Assembly: GCF_006345805.1 (NCBI RefSeq)
Contig: NC_042997.1
Coordinates: 18,972,001 to 19,036,000, forward strand
Origin: Octopus sinensis
Taxonomy: Eukaryota
Reading direction: 5' to 3'
DNA: 64,000 bases
Below the pieces are notes generated by a model, which was given only the letters and a program-made list of their open reading frames with translations, searched no databases and was not told the origin of the DNA. The translations under genes and the position numbers were made by a program. This document shows, in pieces, positions 38,959 to 51,468 of the stretch. Position 1 is the first letter of the stretch. Every line of letters begins with the position of its first letter.

Positions 38959-39317
38959 TTTAGTTTCAACTTTTGTCTTGTACTTGAGATAATTATAAAT
39001 ATGTAAGAGTTCAAGGGAATAGTAGGAGGAAGGGAAGCAGCATAATGAGTAGACCAAAATTCTACAGGTCTGTAAATGCAATCAGCAGATGGTGAGGAGA
39101 TCAGCAATAGGCATTCAAGTCTCTAGAAACATGGGTATTTTGTTGAACATCTTTAAACAACTCTTATTCAGGGGTTATGCAATAAGGAGACAAAAGAGGC
39201 CTCACACTATTGGGGTTAGCAGAGGTCAAATGTGTTTACTACAACCAGCTATCAATGAAAGTGATGACCTTGACCTTGCAAAGAACCAATTCACCTTGTT
39301 CTATTTTTAATTATTGA

Positions 39318-40194
39318 CTAGCTTAAGGTGACCCGCTCTACGCGAGGGTAAGAGTGTGGTTGTTACTTTCTGTTGCTTCCTTCTGTTTTTTACCACCACA
39401 TTTTCCCTCTTTGTGTGTCTCTCTCTCTCCTTTCTCTCTCACTTTCCTACTTTCTTACTCTTCCTTTCTCTCGGACTCTCCTTCGCTTTCTCTTACTCTC
39501 TATCTTCCTCTATCTATCTGTCTCCCATTTATAAACAACAAAAGATCTTGAGTAAGTTGAGAAATAAAATATTTTTGAAAGATCAATCATATATATCAGG
39601 CAGTGACAACGGAAAGGTCTGCTTCAAGGTAGACAGCAAAACACTAACATTTAAAAGGGACAGACAAACTTGCAAGCTGAATAAAAATTAAAAATTATTG
39701 GAAACCAAAGTTTGAAGGGATAGAATCTGAGGATAGTAGAGTCACCATGGCTGGCATTTCTTAACGACGGACAGCAACGTAGTGGCAGTTTAACAGCTGG
39801 CGTAAAATTTTGAACTTGATGTAAAAGAAAATTCCTAAACACCAAGTTTTGAAGTGATTCTTTCTCACGACAGTAGACTCACTATGGCCAGCATTCAAAA
39901 CTTCTTCATCATGGACGGCAACACATTGACGATTTAAAGGCTGGCGCAAATTTTTTAGCTTGATGTAATAGAGAATTCTTAAACACCCACTCCTGTAAAT
40001 TTGAATTCCCTTCCAGCCCCACTTAGATTCCTTTTCACATTTTGGTTAATATAACCCGATTTCCTTCGGGTCTACTCGGGCTACAGTTTATAAGATGAGG
40101 AATTTTGAGGTAAAAAATAGTTGCCATGCAAACTCGCCAGCACTTTTAACATAGGTGTGCATATTTTCAGGTCAACATACCACATAATGCACAC

Positions 40195-40228
<34 letters not shown>

Positions 40229-40236
40229 TATATACG

Positions 40237-40282
<46 letters not shown>

Positions 40283-40491
40283 ATGTGTACGCATTATATA
40301 TACAAATTATGTATATATATATATATACAGATATATACACTTTGTATATATACATTATATATACATATTTATATATAGAACACACACACACATATAAATT
40401 AACCCAATAAATATCTGATTCATAATATTTGTTCCCATGATTGAGCGGTGGTGGTGGCGATGATAATTCTCTCTATGAATGCAGACAGACG

Positions 40492-40530
<39 letters not shown>

Positions 40531-40859
40531 TGACAGCGCTGGCGAAGGTGGCGGGGGAAAGATAGTAGACGCTGTCAAGCGACGTTAAAGAGAGAAAGTG
40601 ATGGGAAGGGAGGAAACAGAGAAAGACGGAGGAAGAGAGGCAGATAAGAGAATGGGAGCAGACTTGTCAAACTGTGCGTTTTCTGCCCTAGTAAATACAC
40701 CTTTTAAGATAGGGCTTTCTAAGCTAGCCAACTGACATCCTCACCTCATTTTACACGTCTCTGTAAATTTTGGAGCCAATCCGACGGGATCTAGTGCCCT
40801 TTAACCCGTTCCAATGCCAAAACCAGACAAACAAACTTTTCGCACTTCAGATTTATAGA
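39318..40859 (-). mobile_element. Non-autonomous Helitron
   Basis: Minus strand starts TCTATAAATC and ends with hairpin ACCCTCGCGTAGAGCGGGT then CTAG|T. Confidence 0.65.
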
Positions 40860-40877
40860 TATTGATATATATATACA

Positions 40878-41235
40878 CGAGCAAAACGCATCCCCCCGTC
40901 CAAAGGACGGTGCTGAATTGTCAAACATTTAAACCAAATTTTCTTAAAGCAACTTGTCCGACCATCCCATAGCCCTCCTCTTTGAGAAACACTGATTTAA
41001 CCTAAATTTGAGACATCAGCAAAAGAAGAAATAAAGATAGACTTTGTTCTATACCAAAGAATGCTTTATCGATCGCATTCTCACCTGGAAGCGATTTTTG
41101 TAATTTTTGTAAGACTTATACACGCACTGATTCCGTCGGTATTTACATATCAAATTTGAACGCAATCGGATGGAGGATGCCCGTGATCCTAGAAGACACA
41201 CACACAGACAGACAGAATGGATTTTATATAATAGA
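40878..41235 (-). mobile_element. Non-autonomous Helitron (second, tandem)
   Basis: Minus strand starts TCTATTATATAAAA...CTGTCTGTGTG, has subterminal hairpin CCGTCC-ttt-GGACGG and ends CTCG|T. Confidence 0.65.
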
Positions 41236-41699
41236 TATATACAGATGTTCACAATATTGAATTTTTGAATTTCGGAATTTTTTTCTTTTCTTTCCATAAG
41301 TTTTGCTATAGTTTACAGTTTTTGTAATTGTGCAGTTTGTATATATAATGGCAGGTGCTTATCTCCTTAAATGAAAAAAAAAATTGTGCATTTAATTGTG
41401 TTGTTGCAATAAAAGGTATGTTTATATATTCGGGTAGCCAGGGAGAAAAGAAAGATAAAATTTTCACGCAAAATTGTAGATATTAAAGTTTTTTAATTTT
41501 CTAGAGATGTTCGTTTGATTGTCTGATTAGAGAAGAATGTAGTGTTTTTGCAATAAAAAGGATGTTTACATTTTCGAATAATCAGGGAAAAAGGAAAGGA
41601 AAGAAAAGGAGGATAAAATTTTCACAGAAAATTGTAGATATTAAAGTTTTAAAATTCACTAAAGATGATCATTTTGAATGTCTGAACAGGGAAAAAAGT

Positions 41700-42390
41700 A
41701 TTGTTCTTAGAAACTGAAAATAGGTGGATAAAGAAAAGAATGCATGAACAATTTGATAGGGATGTTGAAGATAAGACAGACAGAGAAAAAAGATGGCTAT
41801 GGATGACTAAAAGTGATCTAAAACCGGAAATGGAGGCTCTAATTTGTGCTGCCCAAGAGCAAGCATTAAGATCTAATTACATCAAATACAGAATAGATAA
41901 AACATCAGAAAATGATAATAGCAGAATTTGTGGACAGAGTAAAAAAGTGGTATGAACATAAGCTCAAAGACATCATCAAAAATGATAATGCAAATATCCT
42001 ATGGGATTTTATAATGCAGTGCGACCATGAGATAGAGAATAGGAAACCAGACATAGTGTTAATTGAGAAAGAAAGCAAACTATGCTGGATCATAGATATA
42101 ACGTACCCAGCTGACAAAAAAGGTATGCGATAAGAAAGAAAAGTTAATTGATATAACAGACTAGCTTGGGAAATTAAGTAGTTGTGGTCACGGAGCGCTG
42201 GGAACAGTGAGTAAAAATCTTGAGAATACATGGAACAAATAGGGGCTACAATAAGGGTGGAGCACTTGCAGAAAACAACACTGCCTGAAATCACTCAGAT
42301 ACTCCGGATAGTGCTCGAAAAATAAGGGGTGTTACCATAAAACATCTCCAGTGTTAGAAGCTGTGCAAAGACAATAAAGTAATAATAGTA

Positions 42391-42430
<40 letters not shown>
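41700..42430 (+). pseudogene. R4/Dong-like RLE LINE 3' fragment with (AAT)n tail
   Basis: WLWMTKSDLKPEMEALICAAQEQALRSNYIKYRIDK..RICG; ILWDFIMQCDHEIENRKPDIVLIEKE..CWIIDI (RLE PD..D motif). Confidence 0.85.
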
Positions 42431-42464
<34 letters not shown>

Positions 42465-42549
42465 TATTATTACTGTCAGTCTGAGGTATTTGTGACTTGA
42501 CAGACAAAATCTTGGATACTGTGTGATGTCTTAAATAATAATAACAATC

Positions 42550-42900
42550 ATAATAATAATAGCAAAGACCCAGGACATAGCTATTGAATTACAGAGACTA
42601 TGGAAAATGTGGGCAAAATATATCCCGGCAGTTATAGGTACATTGGAAACAATCCCGAAAGATCTGAACAGATGGTTAGAGGAAATAGGCATAAAACCCA
42701 GTTTAGTACAGCTGCAAAAAACAGTGTTATTAGGGACAGCTAAGATACTTAGAATGGTTCTTGGCATCTAAGGTTACTTGCTGTAAACCAATAGGAGGGT
42801 TCTTGGCATCTAAGGCTACTTGTTGTAGCCCGATGTTAGGATTGTTTTCTTTTCCAACAGTCTTAAACTGTTGAGTGTATATGAATAATAATAATAATTA
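42550..42900 (+). pseudogene. R4/Dong-like 3' fragment between AAT tracts
   Basis: QDIAIELQRLWKMWAKYIPAVIGTLETIPKDLNRWLEEIGIKPSLVQLQKTVLLGTAKILRMVLGI*, then UTR and (AAT)n. Confidence 0.8.
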
Positions 42901-43389
42901 TCATTATTGATGTTGTTTTACTTCTCAGAATGTCTGATCTTGTTATTATTATTATTATTTTTATTGAGTGAGAGAGTAGGGCATGCCATCGAAGTGACAC
43001 TAAGGAAAAATATACGAAGCCAAGTATAATCATCATGACTACCCGTTTGATAAGAGTATACCAGGCACATGCATTACAACCATATGTACACAACAGTTTC
43101 AAGGCCTTTCGCCAGACATGATACTTGGGAGTGCTCCAGAATATTCAGTGGGGGAGGGGACACTAATTTTTGCAAACTATTTTTGTAAATTGCATTTTCT
43201 AAATCTTAGAGTACACTATTGAACAGTTGAGAGCAATGACGTCTAGTGCACCCCCTTAGCAACAGGCATGGGGAGGATGGAAGTCGACTACATCAACCCC
43301 TATGTTCAGCTGGTACTTACTTTATAGACCCCGAAAGGGATGAAAGGCAAAGTCGACCTCGGTGGATTTTGAACACAGAACGATGATGA

Positions 43390-46280
43390 AAAAAACAAAT
43401 ACTAACACTGAAAGTTTATAATTTAATATAGGGGATAATATGAAGGCATGTAAATGAAATGTTAGTAAACTCAGTAGGAAATAGAAATGAGAAAAGGAAG
43501 TGACAGATGAAGGCATTAAGGGAGAAGTATGTTAACTTAATAGATTGAAAAAAATTGTATTAACAAGGAGGTAACAATAGATAGTTCTTGCAAATACGTG
43601 GTTATTGAATAGCTAAATAATTCAATAAATAAACTATGGAATAAATTTAATGTTACCAAATTATGAAGAAACATACATAAAGAAATAGCCAGAACTCAGT
43701 AAAAGGCTTAATACCCTAATGGACAAAGTTAGCTATGTTAAGAATTTAAAACCGGTTATCTATTTGACAAGTTTCTGAGTTTGTTACGAAGGTAAAGTTT
43801 TGAAGACATATTTCAGCAAGCGTTCTTTTCAGCCTGTTATTTTAGATAATTCTTTAGCAAATATGGTGATTAAATTCTCCATGGTACATAAATTTCAGGG
43901 TTGCTTGTAGCCATTATAAGACTCCTGAAGGGATCCTCCATTTACGGGTATATTATGGTCGAGGGATATGTCCAAATAGTTTTGTTAACGTTGGTTTCGA
44001 TGTTTATCAGAAATCCAAATTCTGTAAGAAATATGTAAATTTCTCCAAAATTTTGTCAATTTTCTGGGTCGCGATTGTGTAAAGACAGTAGACAATCATC
44101 TCACTATCAAAATTCTTTCTTAAGACCTTAATACCCACTTTTGAAATCATAGAGCCTTTAAAAGTGAAGATACTGATTCCAAACGAAATATGAGATCTTT
44201 TACTTTGTTACTTGATTTGGCAGACCATCCGATTTGATCAAGGGCGGTGAGGATTATGTAAAGGTTTCGTTTGGAGATGAGTAAAAGATAATTTGAATTT
44301 TTGAGTGTTGGTGCCTGCTAACCAGTCAAAGCAATTCAAAATAGTGTGGTGTATATCCTCGTCACTGGTGGTGTTGGCTGCAAAAAAAAAAAAAAACGAG
44401 GTAAGATATAGAAGTACTCAAAATCAGAGATAATCGAACAAATGTAAGTATTTGGTGAAATGGAACAGAAATTCTGTGAAGTGGAATAATTCAAACTATT
44501 TGCTGCTGATATTCACTGATTTTTATTAATGTGTGCAGAAATAAAGAAAACGAGAAAATGTTTCAAAAGATAGATAAAAGAGAGTGTATTTTGGAGAAAG
44601 TGGTGTGTAATATACACTGACGTAGTAGTGAAAGAAAAAAGAAGTAAATGGGCAAGAGTCTCATCATCATGGGATTTAGTATGCTATTTATTAATAAAGA
44701 CTAAACAGAAATGGAGCGAAGAAGGAATAACACGTTGAACAAAGGATATAAAATTTCGATAATGTTCCAATTTAAAAAGTAGGTTGTAGAAATTATACTG
44801 AAGTGGGAGAGTCCATTTTTACCTTGGGTTGATAGAAATTTCTGATCGATTGTAAGTTAAAATAAAAGTAGTTGAGTTTCACTGTGCCCCCTGGTATGAA
44901 ACTAGAGAAGCACGCCAGGGACTCTATATGTAATTCAAAAGCAGTCTCCTCAAATATTCTGTTGCAGTGATGTTGAAATTTAGGCTAAAATTATACACGT
45001 TTGTTGAATATTCATCCAATGACACTATTATTAAACGAAAGTTCAGATGATTGTTCTACTAGAGCACTCGCCATCAAAACTGACGGAGATCCATTTTTAT
45101 TTTTCTATATTTGTAGGTTTATATATGTTTGTGTGCATATATGTCTGCCTGTATGTATGTATATCTACTGAAAATTGAATTTGTGGAAGTGTTTTTCTTG
45201 TGCATTACATAGGCTTGGCAGCTTGACAGCTAGTTTGCTGTCCAACATTTTGTGTTGCTTTTGAAGGTAACGTTGACTAACATTTTATGAGTGAATATCG
45301 GGAAATGGAATCAAAAATTCTGCTGACGTTGATGGCAGTTAGAATGGTGCATGCAGATGATTTCTATTAACTTGACCAACATGTATTATCTATGTATATT
45401 TTACATTGGTTTGGGTGTAGTACGATGGCTCAATGTAATGATCTAAAATCTTGATGGATTTGTTTTGTAGAAGCGGATATGTGATTTAGTGATGTCAATT
45501 TTTGCGCATATGCATAGTACTGTGCTGTATCTGTATGGTGTTACTTCACTTCCATTTCAGTTGAGCTTTAGTATTGTTGTAAGTCTATCTACATTCAGGG
45601 ACTTCGATAGTGTTGATACAAGGTGTTTTTGACGTTGGTGAGTGCAATGATTCCTTTAGGTGTTCTAGACACATATTTGTGATTCTGTCTGGTTCTGACG
45701 CTTTCCAATTTTATATTTCCGTGTTGTTTTCATGAGTTTGATAAACAGAAGTGTTCGAAGTAAAAGGTAACTATATTTTTTGTGTGTTAATGTCCTATCT
45801 GGGCAGTTTTTTGGTGGTTGATTTTTAAGAAATGTTAATATCGACGATTTCTTTATGTTACAATGTGTAGATATTATTTGAGGTTATCATTCCGATACAG
45901 AGTGTGGTGTGATCCTTACTGTTATCGATGATGATGATGATAATTACATAGTGTTTTACTGTTAGCTTTGTGGTTTATGTTGGATACAGATGTTCTCCAA
46001 TGTTCTGTTTCTATTTATTATTTTTTTGTTATTTCCTTGTTTAGCTGTTTGATGCTAAGTTTTTATTTCGGTTGTGTGTAGTTTTTGTGTATTGTTTGAG
46101 GTTGTCTGTAGTTTTTATGAGGCTAGCTATTTCTGGTATGTAATTAGGGTTGTGGGATGTATTTTTTTTAGAGACGTCTATAATTATTTTGTTCAATGTA
46201 TGTACAGAAATGTGTATATTAGTTATAATGGTATTGTTGAATTCTGAAAACCTTGATTGCTTGAGTTTGGGCATTAATGT
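43390..46280 (-). mobile_element. Decayed Penelope-like element (RT remnant and possible GIY-YIG remnant)
   Basis: Minus strand: *DDCL (YRDD-type, TGA from CGA) at 44089-44103, EFGFLINIETN, HGEFNH (SNHP-like) at ~43865, SLNFNIT at ~44975, weak KGII-ALTN..LY at 45612-60. Many stops and frameshifts. Confidence 0.6.
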
Positions 46281-46441
46281 GCGTGTGTGTGCATAGTTAG
46301 ATATGTGCAAGTGTAAATGTGCGATATATATACACACACAGACACACATATATATATGTATATACGTCTATATGGGTCTATTTTATATATTATATACACA
46401 TGTACATATATGTATATATATATATACATATATATAAGCAA

Positions 46442-46505
<64 letters not shown>

Positions 46506-47007
46506 AATATCAACAATCAAGGAACGGCCATAATAGGCCATTCACCCACTAGAAATAACAGCCAAAGCTTCAACCGCAAATAAAGTCAACTCCGTAAACC
46601 AGGAGAAAATTAAAAAAAACATTTACCCTGTAATTTCTTGATTGCTTGAGTTTGGGCATTATGTGCGTGTGTGTGCATAGTTAGATATGTGCAAGTGTAA
46701 ATGTGCGATATATACACACCACACACACACATATATATATGTATATACGTCTATATATGTCTATTTTATATATTCATATACACATGTACATATATGTATA
46801 TATATATATACATATATATAAGCAAGCATATATATATATATATAATATATATAAAAATAATATATATATATGTATATATATCAACAATCAAGGAACGGCC
46901 GGGCCATAATAGGCCATTCACCCACTAGAAATACAGCCAAAGCTTCAACCGCAAATAAAGTCAACTCCGTACCAGGAGAAAATTAAAAAACATTACATTA
47001 CCCTGTA

Positions 47008-47113
47008 ATTTCTTATACGATGCACCGTTTCATCTGCTGTTTAATGGTAAACTAACCTGATTAAATTAAATCAAGCCAATCTTCCATAGGCCCTCAGATT
47101 CTTCAGTAAGAAT
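47008..47113 (-). ncRNA. Type I hammerhead ribozyme, array unit 1
   Basis: Core intact; 1-nt deletion in the stem I 5' arm. Confidence 0.7.
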
Positions 47114-47508
47114 AGCCAAGTCGGAACAGATATTTTCACGAGGCATTTCCGACCCTGCCAAGGTAATATCTGACCTAAAATTTTCAAATCATCGCACTCG
47201 CGCCAAATTTATCGGCAGCAAATAAATATAAGCCGTCGATTCCATACGGAATTAACCAAAAATTCATAATTAATCATATAGGGTGGCAAAAAAAAAAAAA
47301 AAAAAAATTTTGTAGAATTTTTTTGCCACCAGCGGCCTAGTGGGAAAAATTAAATAGTCATAGACCATTTTTAAGTTCAACATCAACAATCAAGGACGGC
47401 CATAATAGGCCATTCACCCACTAGAAATAACAGCCAAAGCTCAATCAACCGCAAATAAAAGTCAACTCCGTAAACCAGGAGAAAATTAAAAAAAACATTT
47501 ACCCTGTA

Positions 47509-47609
47509 ATTTCTTACGATGCACCGTTTCATCTGCTGTTTAATGGTAAAACTCCTGATTAAATTAAATCAGCCAATCTTCCATAGGCCCAGATTCTTCA
47601 GTAAGAAAT
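47509..47609 (-). ncRNA. Type I hammerhead ribozyme, array unit 2 (damaged)
   Basis: 2-nt deletion at the cleavage site/stem I junction plus stem II indels; may be sequencing error. Confidence 0.5.
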
Positions 47610-47998
47610 AGCCAAGTCGGAACAGATATTTTCACGAGGCATTTCCGACCCTGCCAAGGTAATATCTGACCTAAAATTTTCAATCAACATCGCACTCGCG
47701 CCAAATTTATCGGCAGCAAATAAATATAAGCCGTCGATTCCATTACGGAATTAACCAGAAATTAATTAATAATATAATATAGGGTGCCAAAAAAAAAAAT
47801 TTTGTAGAATTTTTTTGCCACCAGCGGCCTAGTGGGAAAAATAAATAGTCATAGACCATTTTTAAGTTCAACATCAACAATCAAGAACGGCCATAATAGG
47901 CCATTCACCCACTAGAAATAACAGCCAAAGCTTCAACCGCAAATAAAGTCAACTCCGTAAACCAGGAGAAAATTAAAAAAAACATTTTACCCCCTGTA

Positions 47999-48105
47999 AT
48001 TTCTTATACGATGCACCGTTTCATCTGCTGTTTAATGGTAAACTAACCTGATTAAATTAAATCAAGCCAATCTTCCATAGGCCCTCAGATTCTTCAGTAA
48101 GAAAT
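47999..48105 (-). ncRNA. Type I hammerhead ribozyme, array unit 3
   Basis: Reverse complement of 48431-48537. Confidence 0.8.
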
Positions 48106-48430
48106 AGCCAATTGGCTGTTATTTCTAGTGGGTGAATGGCCTATTATGGCCGTTCCTTGATTGTTGATGTTGAACTTAAAAATGGTCTATGACTATTTAA
48201 TTTTTTCCCACTAGGCCGCTGGTGGCAAAAAAATTCTACAAAATTTTTTTTTTGCCACCCTATATTGATTAATTATGAATTTTCTGGTTAATTCCGTAAT
48301 GGAATCGACGGCTTATATTTATTTGCTGCCGATAAATTTGGCGCGAGTGCGATGATTTGAAAATTTTAGGTCAGATATTACCTTGGCAGGGTCGGAAATG
48401 CCTCGTGAAAATATCTGTTCCGACTTGGCT

Positions 48431-48537
48431 ATTTCTTACTGAAGAATCTGAGGGCCTATGGAAGATTGGCTTGATTTAATTTAATCAGGTTAGTTTACCA
48501 TTAAACAGCAGATGAAACGGTGCATCGTATAAGAAAT
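48431..48537 (+). ncRNA. Type I hammerhead ribozyme with expanded stem II
   Basis: AUUUCUUA CUGAAGA AUCUG [58 nt] CAGAU GAAACGG UGCA UCGUA UAAGAAAU. Stem I 8 bp perfect, stem II 5 bp, stem III ACG(G)/(U)CGU with palindromic UGCA loop, predicted cleavage after A48529. Confidence 0.82.
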
Positions 48538-48925
48538 TACAGGGTAAATGTTTTTTTTAAATTTTCTCTCCTGGTTTACGGAGTTGACTTTTATTTGCGG
48601 TTGAAGCTTTGCTGTTATTTCTAGTGGGTGAATGGCCTATTATGGCCGTTCCTTGATTGTTGATGTTGAACTTAAAAATGGTCTATGACTATTTAATTTT
48701 TTCCCACTAGGCCGCTGGTGGCAAAAAAATTCTACAAAATTTTTTTTTGGCACCCTATATTGATTAATTATGAATTTTCTGGTTAATTCCGTAATGGAAT
48801 CGACGGCTTATATTTATTTGCTGCCGATAAATTTGGCGCGAGTGCGATGATTTGAAAATTTTAGGTCAGATATTACCTTGGCAGGGTCGGAAATGCCTCG
48901 TGTATATATCTGTTCCGACTTGGCT

Positions 48926-49032
48926 ATTTCTTACTGAAGAATCTGAGGGCCTATGGAAGATTGGCTTGATTTAGTTTAATCAGGTTAGTTTACCATTAAA
49001 CAGCAGATGAAACGGTGCATCGTATAAGAAAT
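48926..49032 (+). ncRNA. Type I hammerhead ribozyme with expanded stem II
   Basis: Same fold; predicted cleavage after A49024, 495 nt from the previous site. Confidence 0.82.
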
Positions 49033-49264
49033 TACAGGGTAAATGTTTTTTTAAATTTTCTCCTGGTTTACGGAGTTGACTTTTATTTGCGGTTGAAGCT
49101 TTGGCTGTTATTTCTAGTGGGTGAATGGCCTATTATGGCCGTTCCTTGATTGTTGATGTTGAACTTAAAAATGGTCTATGACTATTTCTTTTTTCCCACT
49201 AGGCCGCTGGTGGCAAAAAAATTCTACGAATTTTTTTTTTTTTTTTGCCACCCTATATTGATTA

Positions 49265-49336
49265 AATATATGTATATATATATATTATATATATAAGCAA
49301 GCATATTATATATATATATATATATATATATTATGT

Positions 49337-49367
<31 letters not shown>

Positions 49368-49385
49368 GTATATATAATATATATG

Positions 49386-49420
<35 letters not shown>

Positions 49421-49425
49421 TATGT

Positions 49426-49464
<39 letters not shown>

Positions 49465-49556
49465 TATATGTATATATATATATATACATATATATGTATA
49501 TATATATATATATATATTATATTATATATATATATATGTATATTATATATATATAT

Positions 49557-49612
<56 letters not shown>

Positions 49613-49684
49613 ATATTATATAATATATATATATATGTATATATATATGTATTATATATATGTATAATATATATGTATATATAT

Positions 49685-49747
<63 letters not shown>

Positions 49748-49767
49748 GTTATATATAATATAATATG

Positions 49768-49806
<39 letters not shown>

Positions 49807-50006
49807 GTATATATATAATATATATGTATACATATATATATGTATATGTATCATATATATTACATACTATATATATATGTATATATATGTAATATATATA
49901 TGTATATATATGTATATATATATATGTATATGTATAGTATATATATATATTATATAGATGTATATATATATATGTATATATTGTATATATATATATATAT
50001 AATATG

Positions 50007-50043
<37 letters not shown>

Positions 50044-50325
50044 TTATATATATGTGTATATATATATAATATGTATATATTATGTTATATATAATATATT
50101 ATATATAATGTATGTATTATATATATATATGTATATATAATATTATAATATGTAATATAATGTATATCTGATAATATATATATATATATATATAGTATAT
50201 ATATATATGTATATATATATGTATAATATATATATATATGTAGATATATATATATATAATATATATATGTAGATATATATATATATATAATATATATATA
50301 TATGATATACATATATATATATATT
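49265..50325. repeat. ~1.06-kb degenerate (AT)n tract
   Basis: Read directly; source of the YI-repeat ORFs. Confidence 0.95.
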
Positions 50326-50914
50326 TCACAGTAGTATTTCGTAATATTTACTGTCTTTCATTTTTGATGGCATGGGGTGCATTGTCTAATATCATCTTGC
50401 AAGGATGCCACCATGCTCAAATGTCTGCTCTTTCATTGCTTTCTACGACTAGATGCCCTTACACTAAAACATACACATTTGTGTATGTTTGTATGTGCAG
50501 AACAAGCCGAAAGATAATTGAACCAGTTTTACCTGTTGATTTCCACATTATCAGATACGTCTACTTCATTTGTTCTACGCAGAGGGAGAGAGAGAAGGAG
50601 GAGGAGGAGGAGAAAAAGAGTAAGAGAGAGAGAGGGGGAGATAGATGGAAAGAGAGAGAGAGAGAGAGTGAGAGAGAGAGAGAGAGAGAGATAACTTTGA
50701 AATAAAGTGTCTCCTTGATCATCCATAGCAGTTAGGCATCCAAATATACTTGGAGCATCTAACGGTGAGTTCCAGATAACTGCAATCGGGAAACGTACGT
50801 AGAAACTAATAATTTATACAAATGTACGCATATTTCAATTTTCCACTGTCTATATAATATACACACACATGCATGTACACATACATATATACATACATAT
50901 ATATGTGCATATAA

Positions 50915-51125
50915 AGTTAATCCAAACATGAAAACACAAAGAGAAAACACAACAACGCGAGGACGTGGAACAAGTATAGTGCTATTGGACGCCCAGGAAA
51001 GGAAAGAAAGAAGGAAGATTTAACATTTCGAGCGGAGCTCTTTGTCAGAAACATAGGAAAAGGAAAGATCCAAGGAATGGAAGACGGAGGGAAAAAAACA
51101 GCCAACGATACACACGCGGTCATAT
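50915..51125 (-). mobile_element. ~210-bp PLE-pLTR-like repeat with a degenerate minimal hammerhead (copy 2)
   Basis: Minus strand 51018-51052: gttt CTGACAA a GAGC tcc GCTC GAAA tgt t aaat. Confidence 0.55.
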
Positions 51126-51468
51126 ATATATGCATATACTTACATACCCTGTGTACATACACACGTTAGATATGTATGTATATGCAAATATATATATGTA
51201 TATATGTATATGCACATGTGTATGTGCGTATGTATATTGACAGTAGAAAATTAAAATATGAATACATATGTATAAGTTATTAGTTTCTACGTACGCTTCC
51301 TCTATTGTAGTTATCTGGAACTCACCATTAGATATTGCCTAACTGCAATGGAAAATCAGGGAGACACTATTTAAGAGTTATTCTCTTTCTCTCTCTCCTC
51401 CTCCCTTCCACCATCTCTTTCTCTCTCTCCCTCTGCGTAGAACATATGAAGTAGACATATCTGATGAT

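Larger units (their letters stand above)
46509..49264. repeat. ~495-bp tandem array in divergent inverted arrangement (retrozyme-like)
   Basis: Forward units 46509-46639 (partial), ~46880-47381, 47382-47872, 47873-48111 (partial). Inverted units 48112-48168, 48169-48664, 48665-49157, 49158-49264. Confidence 0.9.

Noticed and set aside
41400-41695. ~145-bp degenerate tandem duplication
   Set aside because: Real but uninformative; probably TE-internal.
43985-44015. CTGATAA-acatc-GAAAC on the minus strand
   Set aside because: No stem II, and it lies inside the PLE RT coding remnant (FLINIETN).
46509-49264. Array as CRISPR, rDNA or tRNA cluster
   Set aside because: There are no unique spacers and no rRNA/tRNA motifs; whole ~495-bp units repeat.
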